A model generated the notes under the pieces. It was not told the origin of the DNA and ran no database searches. It saw nothing but the letters and a program-made list of their open reading frames with translations. Positions 45,961-55,108 of a stretch of 64,000 nt of DNA are shown one piece after another. Origin of the DNA: Candidatus Woesearchaeota archaeon (GTDB taxonomy: Archaea; Nanobdellota; Nanobdellia; SCGC-AAA011-G17; GW2011-AR18); the NCBI GenBank assembly GCA_018302545.1, contig JAGVZM010000002.1:2198-66197 (forward strand). The letters are read 5' to 3'. Positions within the stretch are counted from its first letter, which is position 1. Each line of letters begins with the position of its first letter. Made by a program: the position numbers and the translations under genes.

Positions 45961-46674
45961 TTACTTCTTCCTACCTGTTCTTCTCGGTGCTACTTTTCCT
46001 ACCTTTCTTCCTGGTGGAGCATGTCTAGGCGCAATACTTGATTTACCTTTATGCCTACCTCTTCCTGAACCAAAAGGATGTTCAACTGCATTCATCGCTA
46101 CAGCAGAAGTAACAGGATATAATTTACCTCTAGCTCTCATAGCATGCCATTTTTTTCCAGCTTTGACAAATGGTTTTTCAAGTCTACCACCGCCAGCTAC
46201 TTGTCCAACAGTTGCCCTACACTTAGCATTAAATTCTTTTTCTTTTTTACTAGGCATTAATAATTTAACCTTACCCTCTGTTCTCGCCAAAATTTTTGCA
46301 AAAACTCCAGAAGATCTAACAAACTTACCACCGTCTCCTGGTTTAGATTCTATATTATAAACAAAAGTTCCTTCTGGGATCTCAGATAATGAAAGTGTAT
46401 TCCCATTATTGATACTAGACTTATTTCCTGTAAACACTTGATCACCAACAGCCAATCCTTCTGGAGCAATCATATAACAAATTTCTCCATCTTCATATTG
46501 AACAACTGCTAAAGGAGCACTATGACTAACACTATGCATTAACTCAACAATTACTCCAAAACAACCTTCACTATTAAAAGATTTATTCTTAGCTCTAGCA
46601 AAATATCTATGACTAAGTGCTACATATCTCCTAGTTCCTCTTCCTCTCTTCTGTGAAGTTATTCTTTTTCCCAT
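45961..46674 (-). CDS. rpl2: 50S ribosomal protein L2 (uL2)
   Basis: HPFGSGRGRHKGKSSIAPRHAPPGRKVG. Confidence 0.92.
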   Translation of the reverse strand: MGKRITSQKRGRGTRRYVALSHRYFARAKNKSFNSEGCFGVIVELMHSVSHSAPLAVVQYEDGEICYMIAPEGLAVGDQVFTGNKSSINNGNTLSLSEIPEGTFVYNIESKPGDGGKFVRSSGVFAKILARTEGKVKLLMPSKKEKEFNAKCRATVGQVAGGGRLEKPFVKAGKKWHAMRARGKLYPVTSAVAMNAVEHPFGSGRGRHKGKSSIAPRHAPPGRKVGKVAPRRTGRKK

Positions 46675-46935
46675 TTACATTAACCCCAATTTAGTCATTA
46701 TATCAATTGCTGGATTAGCCTCATTTAATTTGACATATGCTCTTTTTTTTCCATCAACATTCAAAAAAGTATTTACTTTATCAACTTTAACATCAAATAA
46801 TTTTTCAACAGCCTGTTTAATCTCTTCTTTTTTAGACTTCAAATCTACAACAAATAATAATTTATTTTCCCTATCCATAAGTCTAATCGCTTTTTCTGTA
46901 GCCAGAGGATATTTTATAACTTGATCTTTTTTCAT
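46675..46935 (-). CDS. rpl23: 50S ribosomal protein L23 (uL23)
   Basis: IKYPLATEKAIRLMDRENKLLFVVD. Confidence 0.9.
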   Translation of the reverse strand: MKKDQVIKYPLATEKAIRLMDRENKLLFVVDLKSKKEEIKQAVEKLFDVKVDKVNTFLNVDGKKRAYVKLNEANPAIDIMTKLGLM

Positions 46936-47702
46936 TTCTTCACTCCAATAAACAACTTCTCTTTATCCATAGTTTCCAAAGCATTTTTAGTAAATATGCA
47001 GGCTCTAGGTAAGTTGTAATTCAAAGACAATAAATGCGCATTCAAACTCTTAACGTCAATAGTATCATAACCAGGAAGATTATTCAGAGCTTTAACAACA
47101 TCACAATTCTTTGTAACGACAACTAAAGGATTCTTCTTATATCTAACAGCCCTTCCTCTAGATTTACCCCTTCCAGCTTTAAAAATTTTTTTTCCATCAA
47201 CATCAAAACCTAAAGTCTCCAAAACTTTCTTAACATCTTTAGTAACTTTAATACTTTCAAACTTAGAATCAATAATAGTCAATTTATTTTGTTGCTGAAT
47301 ACCACTTAAAGCACTTCTAATAGCCTTTCTTCTTTCCTTAACATTAATCTTTAATTCCCAATTTTTACTAGCTTTAGGAGGATGCGCCCTTCTACCTCCA
47401 ACAGTACTTGATATTAAAGCACCAACCCATCCAAACTGCATACCTCTTCTCCACATTGTTTTTCTTGGAACTCTAGATATTCCCTTACCATAAGAACCTT
47501 TATAATTCCTTCTTCTTCTAGATAATTTAGCAGAATAATTCTTTCCAGCCCTAGGCATAGTTCCATAAGGCTGTCTTAAATGACTAAATATAGCTAATTT
47601 AGCTCTATTGACCAAACCAGGCTCATATTCTTCAGTAAATTGAATAGGCAATTCTATACTACTTAGTTTTTTCCCATCCAATCCTAAAACATCAACTTTC
47701 AT
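46932..47702 (-). CDS. rpl4: 50S ribosomal protein L4 (uL4)
   Basis: RQPYGTMPRAGKNYSAKLSRRRRNYKGSYGKGISRVPRK. Confidence 0.9.
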   Translation of the reverse strand: MKVDVLGLDGKKLSSIELPIQFTEEYEPGLVNRAKLAIFSHLRQPYGTMPRAGKNYSAKLSRRRRNYKGSYGKGISRVPRKTMWRRGMQFGWVGALISSTVGGRRAHPPKASKNWELKINVKERRKAIRSALSGIQQQNKLTIIDSKFESIKVTKDVKKVLETLGFDVDGKKIFKAGRGKSRGRAVRYKKNPLVVVTKNCDVVKALNNLPGYDTIDVKSLNAHLLSLNYNLPRACIFTKNALETMDKEKLFIGVKK

Positions 47703-48703
47703 TGCTTACTCTCCTTACTAATATAATCTACATTTATTCCAGCGCCAAATCCCTTTGTTTGCCTTATAGGACTAGTAAAAGTAATTAATCTTTTAACATG
47801 ACCTGGCAAGCTTCCTTTTATTAATAAATAATCATTCTTAACTAAACCATAATGTAAAAATCCACCTTTAGGATTAACTTTTTCAGGATCAGAACTAACA
47901 AATAAAATATCTTTATTATATTCTGTTCTCAAATGTATACCCATTCCACCAGGCATTTTAACTCCCCACCAAACACGTCCAGGACTCTCAGGACCAAGAA
48001 TATTACCTCTTCTTTTCTTCTCTGTTTTATGGTTTCTTAAATTAATTCCAAATCTCTTAACTGTACCTTGAAATCCTTTACCTATAGTAACAGCATGAGC
48101 ATCAACTTTAATACCTTCTTTTAAAATATCACTAACTTTAATCTCTCTATCAAACAATGTTTTAGCATAATCAAGTTTATCTTTTACATTATTTCCACCC
48201 ACACCTAATTCAAGAACTTCAGGCTTTTTCTTGCCAATTCCTGTTTTTTTAGGCTGTGTGTATATTTTAACTCTTAAATCATAAAACTCTCCAATTTTAG
48301 ACTCTAACTCCTTTATTTTAGAGTCATAATCCTGCTTTTTTGGAAGTTTAATCTTCTTAGCAAGCTCTTTGTCTAATTTTGGATTCATAATTTCAGAAAC
48401 TAAAACTAAATGATTAAATGAATTTTTTTTATAAAATTTTAAAGAAAGAACCTTAATAGAAGGACATTCAACAACAGTAACAGGCCAAATAAGACTCTCA
48501 TTTTTTGTCATTGAATTTGATCTTGTATCCTTAACATTAACATGGGTCATACCAACTTTATAACCAACAAATCCTTGTAAACCAACATCTTTACTTTTAA
48601 CCCAAGATCTAACTCTAGCAACCATTTTCTTAGCCCTCTTTCTAGGCCAAAATTGCTTACTTCCATGTTTAGGATTATTTCTCCTATTTTTTGTGTGTCC
48701 CAT
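47699..48703 (-). CDS. rpl3: 50S ribosomal protein L3 (uL3)
   Basis: GSKQFWPRKRAKKMVARVRSW...; first gene of the cluster. Confidence 0.92.
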   Translation of the reverse strand: MGHTKNRRNNPKHGSKQFWPRKRAKKMVARVRSWVKSKDVGLQGFVGYKVGMTHVNVKDTRSNSMTKNESLIWPVTVVECPSIKVLSLKFYKKNSFNHLVLVSEIMNPKLDKELAKKIKLPKKQDYDSKIKELESKIGEFYDLRVKIYTQPKKTGIGKKKPEVLELGVGGNNVKDKLDYAKTLFDREIKVSDILKEGIKVDAHAVTIGKGFQGTVKRFGINLRNHKTEKKRRGNILGPESPGRVWWGVKMPGGMGIHLRTEYNKDILFVSSDPEKVNPKGGFLHYGLVKNDYLLIKGSLPGHVKRLITFTSPIRQTKGFGAGINVDYISKESKQ

Positions 48704-48725
48704 TGTTCTTCTCGACCTTTATCGG

Positions 48726-48735
48726 TTTTATAAAT
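48726..48735 (-). promoter_or_regulatory. TATA-box-like element of the ribosomal protein cluster promoter (probably leaderless or very short leader)
   Basis: ATTTATAAAA on the minus strand; its proximal edge is 22 nt upstream of the L3 ATG (48703). Caveat: TATA-like words are common in this AT-rich DNA. Confidence 0.4.
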
Positions 48736-49027
48736 CTTTTGCTAAATCCTAGCCTCAAAATCGATAATACACTCTAGAATCAGCGACTAATTACAATCAG
48801 TAGGGTAATAATAAAGACCCAAGAACTTATTTATAAATTTATTGGTAAAAAATAAGTATATACTGTATATGATAAAGTCCTATATTTAAAAATTCTAAGT
48901 AAATATTGGGACAACCTCAAAAAATAAAGTCACCCTTAAGAATTTCAAGAAATAACAAGTACAACAAATTTAGATTCAAAAGACGAGGTTGCCACCCCCA
49001 TAAAAATAAATTTAATAGTAAACAAAA

Positions 49028-49477
49028 ATGAAAGATTGCCTAAGAATGTTATTACCACTAGTTGCAATGGCTAGTTGTTTAGAATCAGGTTGTATAAATC
49101 CAAGAGGAACATATCAAGAAGTAACTAGAACAAAAGGCCCAAGTTCGATAAATTCAAAAACAATTAATTATGGTTTTGCTAGTTCAAAAAATAATGAAGG
49201 ACGAATACAAGTAGCAACCTTATCTTATGGAATAACAAGAGATAAAACTTTCAGAAATTTAAATGATAAATTAGCACAAGCAAAATATGATCCAAAAAAA
49301 TGTTCAGAATTGCCAATATATATAGAAATAACAAGCCATTCTCTAGGAAGATTAGAAAGCAATTTAGAGAGAGGGATAAAAGGCCTAGAAAACTCAAGAG
49401 ATTATCAAGAACTAAAATTGGCAACAAGATTAGAAATGAAAGTTTATAAAGATGAAGCAAGAAAAATATGTAACTAA
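49028..49477 (+). CDS. hypothetical lipoprotein-like exported protein
   Basis: 149 aa; MLLPLVAMASCLESGC signal/lipobox-like N-terminus. Confidence 0.45.
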   Translation: MKDCLRMLLPLVAMASCLESGCINPRGTYQEVTRTKGPSSINSKTINYGFASSKNNEGRIQVATLSYGITRDKTFRNLNDKLAQAKYDPKKCSELPIYIEITSHSLGRLESNLERGIKGLENSRDYQELKLATRLEMKVYKDEARKICN

Positions 49478-50178
49478 GCCTCAAAATCAAATTCATTAAT
49501 TATCTCTTTTCCATCTAGATCTAACTTTCTAACTATCTTACCCTTTTTCTTTGCATGGATTCTAGCCAAAGCAAAATCATTTTGATATTCTTTAGGAACT
49601 ATTATCTCATTAATTATAAAAGTATGATTTATTTTACAAGATTTGAAAGAATCATGAACATCAAAAACAAAGTCTCTAAGAAGGTTCTTATCTGAAGTAG
49701 TAAAAGTACAATAATCTGCCTTAGCATCTTCATCTCCTTTCCCAGGTTTAGCAGACTTAGGACTCTTAACTTTTGTTTTCAAAGAACCATAATCATTAGT
49801 AAAAGTTAAACAATAAACAGCATCTGAAAACTTATTCATCGCATTCAAAATATCATCTTTAGATAAATCCGTATTAATCATATAAGTTCTAACACCTTGA
49901 AATTGTTTAGTCTTATCAATAGGAATTCCTGTAACTTGTTCAAAATCTTTAGCTGTTGTTATAATACCCCCTGTAACATTAACTTTAGTTGTTATTTTTT
50001 CAGCCAATAATCTAACAAATCCTTCTGCGTATTCAAAGCTGGTCTTAATCTTAATTTTAGAACCAACAGTAATTTCCATTATGGCCCTATCTTTAAATTC
50101 GCCTTTACTAAATCTCTTAAATTGTCTATGCTCAAAATCCCCAACAGTTCCCTCAAAAATATTTTTAATAAAATTCAT
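49474..50178 (-). CDS. hypothetical protein (downstream of the giant surface protein gene)
   Basis: ORF opens at 50223; MNFIKNIFEG at 50178 is the more plausible start; soluble, no family recognised. Confidence 0.5.
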   Translation of the reverse strand: MNFIKNIFEGTVGDFEHRQFKRFSKGEFKDRAIMEITVGSKIKIKTSFEYAEGFVRLLAEKITTKVNVTGGIITTAKDFEQVTGIPIDKTKQFQGVRTYMINTDLSKDDILNAMNKFSDAVYCLTFTNDYGSLKTKVKSPKSAKPGKGDEDAKADYCTFTTSDKNLLRDFVFDVHDSFKSCKINHTFIINEIIVPKEYQNDFALARIHAKKKGKIVRKLDLDGKEIINEFDFEA

Positions 50179-50289
50179 CTTCCAAACATTTCCTTGTATT
50201 TTTTTTCTCCAAATAAAATCCAATATATAGTTAATATAAAAGTAACAAAGATTAAACTTAATAAAAATAAATTAACCATAAAAAATAAA

Positions 50290-53241
50290 TTATTTACTCT
50301 TTTTTAAATCTTTTCTATTCCTAACATTAAAAATAGAGTAGTAAACAATCAATAAAACTAAAGCAAAAACTAAAGCCCCTATGCCCCAACCAGGAATATT
50401 GTTGGATTCAAAACCAGTAGCACAAACCCCTACAACTCTAAGCGGACTACTCAAACCCATTGCTGTAGCTTCTGCTTGAGTTATTTGATTGGTATTACAA
50501 ACATCAAAACCTAAAGCTGCAAAATTCTGACCACAAGTAACCTCAACATCATCCAACTCTCCATCATTATCTAAATCAATACAACTCTTAAGATTAACAA
50601 AGGACGTCCCAGGAATACCTCTTGTACAAGATTGGCAACAATTAGGTTCATTTATATTACCAGATAAAGAAAGATTACCATTACAAGCTTCACCAACACC
50701 GCATAAATATCCTCTAACACTACCGCAACTAACTGATCCTCCACCAGGACCTCTACCTATTATACTTCCACAATCGTTTCTACAAACACCATCACCACAA
50801 CAAGTCATTCCTCCAAGACAGTCATTATTATTAAGACACTGCCCTCCTATATTAGTAATTCCAGTATACAAAAGACAACTAGGACAAAAACTAGAATTAA
50901 ATCCTCCTAAAGCATTTTCTAGATCAGAAACAGGACCATAATGAATCCAACCTAAGTAAAGATAAGTAGCATTCATAGGAGCAACATAATTAAAATTTAT
51001 TATACCATTCAAAACAGGTATAGCTGTTAGAGTATCTAAAACTACAAGAGAATTAGTATCATTAAATCCAACAACAAAGCTAGTTGCATATCCTGAGAAT
51101 ATTGAAGAACCTCCTCCAAAAGTTGGATCTTCTCTTACACAACTACACTGCAAACTAACTGTTTGACCAACAACAGCTGTAACCATCATTCCTCTATTAG
51201 TTATTGCAGTTCCATTGTTCCAGACACATTCAGTTTGACAAGTATTAGAACAAATAGGATCAGGAAGAACTCTACAAATACCAGAATTCGCACCTTGTTG
51301 AAGAGCGCTACTTCCACTATTAAGATCACAATAAAATCCAGTGCCTAAGGAAGAACAATCATTATTACTACTACAAGTAACAACCTCACATAAACTAGTT
51401 GAAGGATTACAAACCTCAGTTAACCCACAGTCATTATTGGTATTACAAATTGAACAAGTTCCAGTTTGACAAATCAGACATTGCCCAACTAAAGGATTGC
51501 TAGTTCTTAAACATCTTGCATCAGGATAATTCTGACAAGTTCTACCAATCCTACAACCAGAAACACACTGACATCCATCACAAACTTCCCCAATACTACA
51601 ATCACTATCAAAAACACAACTAGCATTAACAATATGAAGTAATTGATCATTTCTATTTCCAGAATCACAAATTAAATTATTATTTGTAGAATTTAGAAAA
51701 TTAAAAGCATATCTTCCCTCATCTAAAAAAGCAGAAGATAAGAAACCAGTACTACCAAAACGAATTGGTGAATAATTACCATATGAAAAAGAGTTATTAT
51801 CTAAATCTCTTAAAGTAAAATTCAAAGATCCACTATTCAAAACATTTCCTTGTGAATCTAACAAACAAGAAAGATAACCTATAGCAGAGTCTCCCTCTTC
51901 AATCGTTAAATTATATCCATTACCGCTATGTAAAATACGGCCGTCAGTCCAATTACAAGAAGGATTACAATTTAAACCTAAATTAGGATCTCTAACTTGT
52001 AAAACCCCTCTAAAGTTATCTACAGAATTACAATTAGGATTAGGAGCACCACCAACTGTAAATATATAAACCCCAGGAGTAGAAGGAACAAAAGATCTAA
52101 TAGCATTACCATTAGTAACACCAATATTAGTATCCACTAAAACAGGGGCAGTTAAACTATTAAAGATATTATAAATCACCAAATTTGTATTTGTGCTATC
52201 TAACAAAGCACCAGAAGAATCTTGTAAACATGAAGCATTTATCATAACATTATCTCCTGTGTTTACACTAACAACATTAGGACCTGAAAGATAATTCCCT
52301 CCTTCCCACTGACAACCAAGATTACATGATACACTAGAAGCTGCCCTAAGAAGACAACTAACTTTATTTCCATCATTATTACAAGAGTAATTAGGATCAC
52401 AAAAATATTGTCCTAATTGATAAACATTTTTACAAGAAGCAAAATCACCAGAACAACTCCATCCATCAGAGACATAACCACAAAGACCTTGATGAGTACC
52501 ACCACCAATTTGAGGACTAACACAAATATTAGTAGAAATATCACAAGTTTCTCCAAGATTACAATCAGAGTTACTCAAACATCCAGGTCTACAAAGACCA
52601 CTAGAAAAATCACAAAAATTACCACTAGGACAAGTAAAACTTTGAGAAGAACAAGTAAAAGTACAAATACCAGGGCTAGCAACTCTTAAATCACAAGTTT
52701 CTCCAAGATTACAATTATTGTTGCTCAAACATCCAGGTCTACAAATTCCAGAAATAGTATCACAATAATTTCCCGAAGTACAAGGAGCATTTTGTCCACA
52801 ATTGTTAGGTGATTGAATTCCACAAATTCTAGTATTAGGATCACAATAATTAGAGCTACACTCTATGTTATTATTACATGAAAGTCCATCAGTTTTTTTA
52901 GGATCACACGAAACACCACTTCCTATATTACTGCAATAATAATTAGTATTACAAAAATATTCTGATGCAGTTAGACCCGAAACTTGTTTACAAGAAGTAA
53001 AATCCCCTGAACAATACCATCCATTTATAGTATCCCCACAATATCCAATATAATTAGTTATAGTAGTTCCACCACTTTGTTGTCCAATAACACAAGTATT
53101 AGTAGTAAAGTCACAAGTCTCACCAGTATCACAAAATTGATTTATTTGTCCACAAGGAGCTCCAGGTATAGCAAAAACAAGTTCAATAGAAAATAAACTA
53201 ATTAAAACAGCAATAAGTAAAAATAATCCCCTCTTTAACAT
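50290..53241 (-). CDS. giant cysteine-rich secreted surface protein with C-terminal TM anchor
   Basis: ORF opens at 53304; signal peptide MLKRGLFLLIAVLISLFSIELVFA starts at 53241; dozens of Cys in recurring C..G(E/N)(T/Y)CD.....C modules (e.g. GLCRPGCLSNSDCNLGETCD twice); DLDNDGELDD; C-terminal TM GIGALVFALVLLIVYYSIF plus basic tail. Confidence 0.75.
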   Translation of the reverse strand: MLKRGLFLLIAVLISLFSIELVFAIPGAPCGQINQFCDTGETCDFTTNTCVIGQQSGGTTITNYIGYCGDTINGWYCSGDFTSCKQVSGLTASEYFCNTNYYCSNIGSGVSCDPKKTDGLSCNNNIECSSNYCDPNTRICGIQSPNNCGQNAPCTSGNYCDTISGICRPGCLSNNNCNLGETCDLRVASPGICTFTCSSQSFTCPSGNFCDFSSGLCRPGCLSNSDCNLGETCDISTNICVSPQIGGGTHQGLCGYVSDGWSCSGDFASCKNVYQLGQYFCDPNYSCNNDGNKVSCLLRAASSVSCNLGCQWEGGNYLSGPNVVSVNTGDNVMINASCLQDSSGALLDSTNTNLVIYNIFNSLTAPVLVDTNIGVTNGNAIRSFVPSTPGVYIFTVGGAPNPNCNSVDNFRGVLQVRDPNLGLNCNPSCNWTDGRILHSGNGYNLTIEEGDSAIGYLSCLLDSQGNVLNSGSLNFTLRDLDNNSFSYGNYSPIRFGSTGFLSSAFLDEGRYAFNFLNSTNNNLICDSGNRNDQLLHIVNASCVFDSDCSIGEVCDGCQCVSGCRIGRTCQNYPDARCLRTSNPLVGQCLICQTGTCSICNTNNDCGLTEVCNPSTSLCEVVTCSSNNDCSSLGTGFYCDLNSGSSALQQGANSGICRVLPDPICSNTCQTECVWNNGTAITNRGMMVTAVVGQTVSLQCSCVREDPTFGGGSSIFSGYATSFVVGFNDTNSLVVLDTLTAIPVLNGIINFNYVAPMNATYLYLGWIHYGPVSDLENALGGFNSSFCPSCLLYTGITNIGGQCLNNNDCLGGMTCCGDGVCRNDCGSIIGRGPGGGSVSCGSVRGYLCGVGEACNGNLSLSGNINEPNCCQSCTRGIPGTSFVNLKSCIDLDNDGELDDVEVTCGQNFAALGFDVCNTNQITQAEATAMGLSSPLRVVGVCATGFESNNIPGWGIGALVFALVLLIVYYSIFNVRNRKDLKKSK
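52541..52744. repeat. intragenic tandem duplication (two ~54-nt near-identical units 150 nt apart)
   Basis: 52541-52594 tcacaagtttctccaagattacaatcagagttactcaaacatccaggtctacaa versus 52691-52744 tcacaagtttctccaagattacaattattgttgctcaaacatccaggtctacaa; encodes the repeated CRPGCLSN(S/N)(D/N)CNLGETCD module. Confidence 0.8.
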
Positions 53242-53281
53242 ATAAAATAGAACATCAAAATAGCTATTTAAAATTATTCTT

Positions 53282-53689
53282 TTAATCAGACCAGATAGAA
53301 ACAAACATTAAGATAGTAACTAAAGGAAATAAATTTGTTATAAATGCATATTGTGGGAAAAACCAAACACCCACCATTATTTCAACAACAGCAATAATTG
53401 CAAAAATTTTGCTCATGTGATGTCCCCTTCTAGCAAATACCCAAAATAAAACAAAAGCACCTATCGCACCAGCAAGATCAAATAAACCATTATCAAAACT
53501 TAATAGATCTATAGCATCAACAGCAATTGCAAAAGGTAGTTTCCACAAATCCAAAGCAATATCTAAAAAGTGTTTTAAAGAAAACAAAACAGCAAAAGCC
53601 AGAACAATACCAAAAATAACCCAACCATAATCAAAAGGTTTACTAACAGAATTAACAACAAAACCTGTTAAATCATCTAAACCGAACAT
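53282..53689 (-). CDS. hypothetical integral membrane protein
   Basis: 135 aa, 4 TM; immediately upstream of and co-directional with the giant surface protein gene. Confidence 0.5.
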   Translation of the reverse strand: MFGLDDLTGFVVNSVSKPFDYGWVIFGIVLAFAVLFSLKHFLDIALDLWKLPFAIAVDAIDLLSFDNGLFDLAGAIGAFVLFWVFARRGHHMSKIFAIIAVVEIMVGVWFFPQYAFITNLFPLVTILMFVSIWSD

Positions 53690-53798
53690 GAATTAATTCT
53701 GAATTAATTAATATTTAATACTTTTTAATTAAAGAAAAAGGAGAAGTAAGAAAAATTAAAATAGTGAATGAAAACATTTTATTCATTCATAGAAAAAA

Positions 53799-54212
53799 TT
53801 AATCTTTAGAAATTATTGCATAAATAGCTTTTCCAGGCAACCTCTTTCTAAACCCAGACTTAGCATATTTAATATAACTATTTTTCAAATTAAAATTTAA
53901 CCAAGAATCCATCCAACCTTGAGCAGTATAAACTAAATAATGCCCAGAAGGATATTTTTTAGATCTCTGGATAAAAACAATAGTATTTTCTTTATATCTA
54001 ATTCTTTTATTTCCAATGTATCTATAAAAATATTCTCTTCCAGAAATTCTTAAAGCATTAACAAGGTCTTTACAAATAAATCCCCTAATTCTAGCTAGTG
54101 TAGAATATCTAAAATAATTCTTTTTGGAATAATTATAAGAGTTACCGCAAATGAAAGAAACACATGCAATACCACAACCTAAAGGATCCTTTTGGACAAC
54201 AGCATTTTTCAT
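53799..54212 (-). CDS. stand-alone C39-like (papain-fold) cysteine peptidase domain protein
   Basis: 137 aa; QKDPLGCGIACVSFI (Q...CG.AC catalytic Cys context) and SGHYLVY (catalytic His context). Confidence 0.5.
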   Translation of the reverse strand: MKNAVVQKDPLGCGIACVSFICGNSYNYSKKNYFRYSTLARIRGFICKDLVNALRISGREYFYRYIGNKRIRYKENTIVFIQRSKKYPSGHYLVYTAQGWMDSWLNFNLKNSYIKYAKSGFRKRLPGKAIYAIISKD

Positions 54213-54263
54213 ACAATAAAAGAGTTAGTAAAGTTTATAACAATTAGGATCAATTAGTTAACA

Positions 54264-55061
54264 ATGAAAAAGTTCATACTAATTCTAGTGATGTTAATTC
54301 TAATAATAAGTTGTACTAACAAAGATAAACCTACAAAAGAGGATAAAAGAACAGAGATATACCTCCCATCCCCAGGAACAACTTGGCAATGGCAATTATC
54401 AGGAAAAATAAATACCAATTATAATGTAGAATTATATGATGTTGACCTATTTGAGACATCAATAGAAACAATTAATGAATTACATAATAGAAATATAAAA
54501 GTAATCTGCTATTTCTCAGCAGGTACATTAGAAGAATACAGAGAAGATTATGAAAATTTTCCCAAGGAGATAATAGGTAAAAGCTTATTAGAATGGCCAG
54601 ATGAAAAATGGTTAGATATATCTAATTATAAAAAGTTTTCAGATATCATGGCAAAGCGTATGGATTTAGCTGTAGAAAAAAATTGTGATGGTATTGAACC
54701 AGATAATGTAGATGCATATACTCAGGATAGTGGCTTCAATTTAAGCTACGATAATCAATTAGAATATAATAAGTGGTTAGCAGAAGAAGCACACAAAAGA
54801 AATTTATCTATTGCGTTAAAAAATGACCTAAATCAAGTTAAGGATTTGGTAAATTATTTTGATTTTGCAATAAATGAACAATGCTTTTTATATAATGAAT
54901 GTGAATTACTCCTTCCCTTTATTAAACAAAATAAAGCAGTTTTAGGAGTAGAATACGAATTAGATTTACACCAATTTTGTAAAGAAGCAAATTCATTAAA
55001 TTTTAGTTGGTTGAAAATGGATTTAGAATTAGACGGCAGTAGAGAATCTTGCAACAATTAA
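54264..55061 (+). CDS. GH114-like endo-alpha-1,4-polygalactosaminidase family lipoprotein
   Basis: 265 aa; lipobox-like LILIISC; WQWQL...YDVDLFE...KVICYFSAGT.EEYRED...WPDEKWLDI...CDGIEPDNVDAY...YNKWLAEEAHKRNLSIALKND. Confidence 0.65.
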   Translation: MKKFILILVMLILIISCTNKDKPTKEDKRTEIYLPSPGTTWQWQLSGKINTNYNVELYDVDLFETSIETINELHNRNIKVICYFSAGTLEEYREDYENFPKEIIGKSLLEWPDEKWLDISNYKKFSDIMAKRMDLAVEKNCDGIEPDNVDAYTQDSGFNLSYDNQLEYNKWLAEEAHKRNLSIALKNDLNQVKDLVNYFDFAINEQCFLYNECELLLPFIKQNKAVLGVEYELDLHQFCKEANSLNFSWLKMDLELDGSRESCNN

Positions 55062-55108
55062 GTATTTAAAGTTTCATAAAATTTTGAAATCATAGTCCCG
55101 TCGTCTAG

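Noticed and set aside
50290-53304. Diversity-generating retroelement target (variable repeat) in the giant surface protein
   Set aside because: There is no reverse transcriptase or template repeat in the window. The mismatches between the two 54-nt repeats are not adenine-specific.
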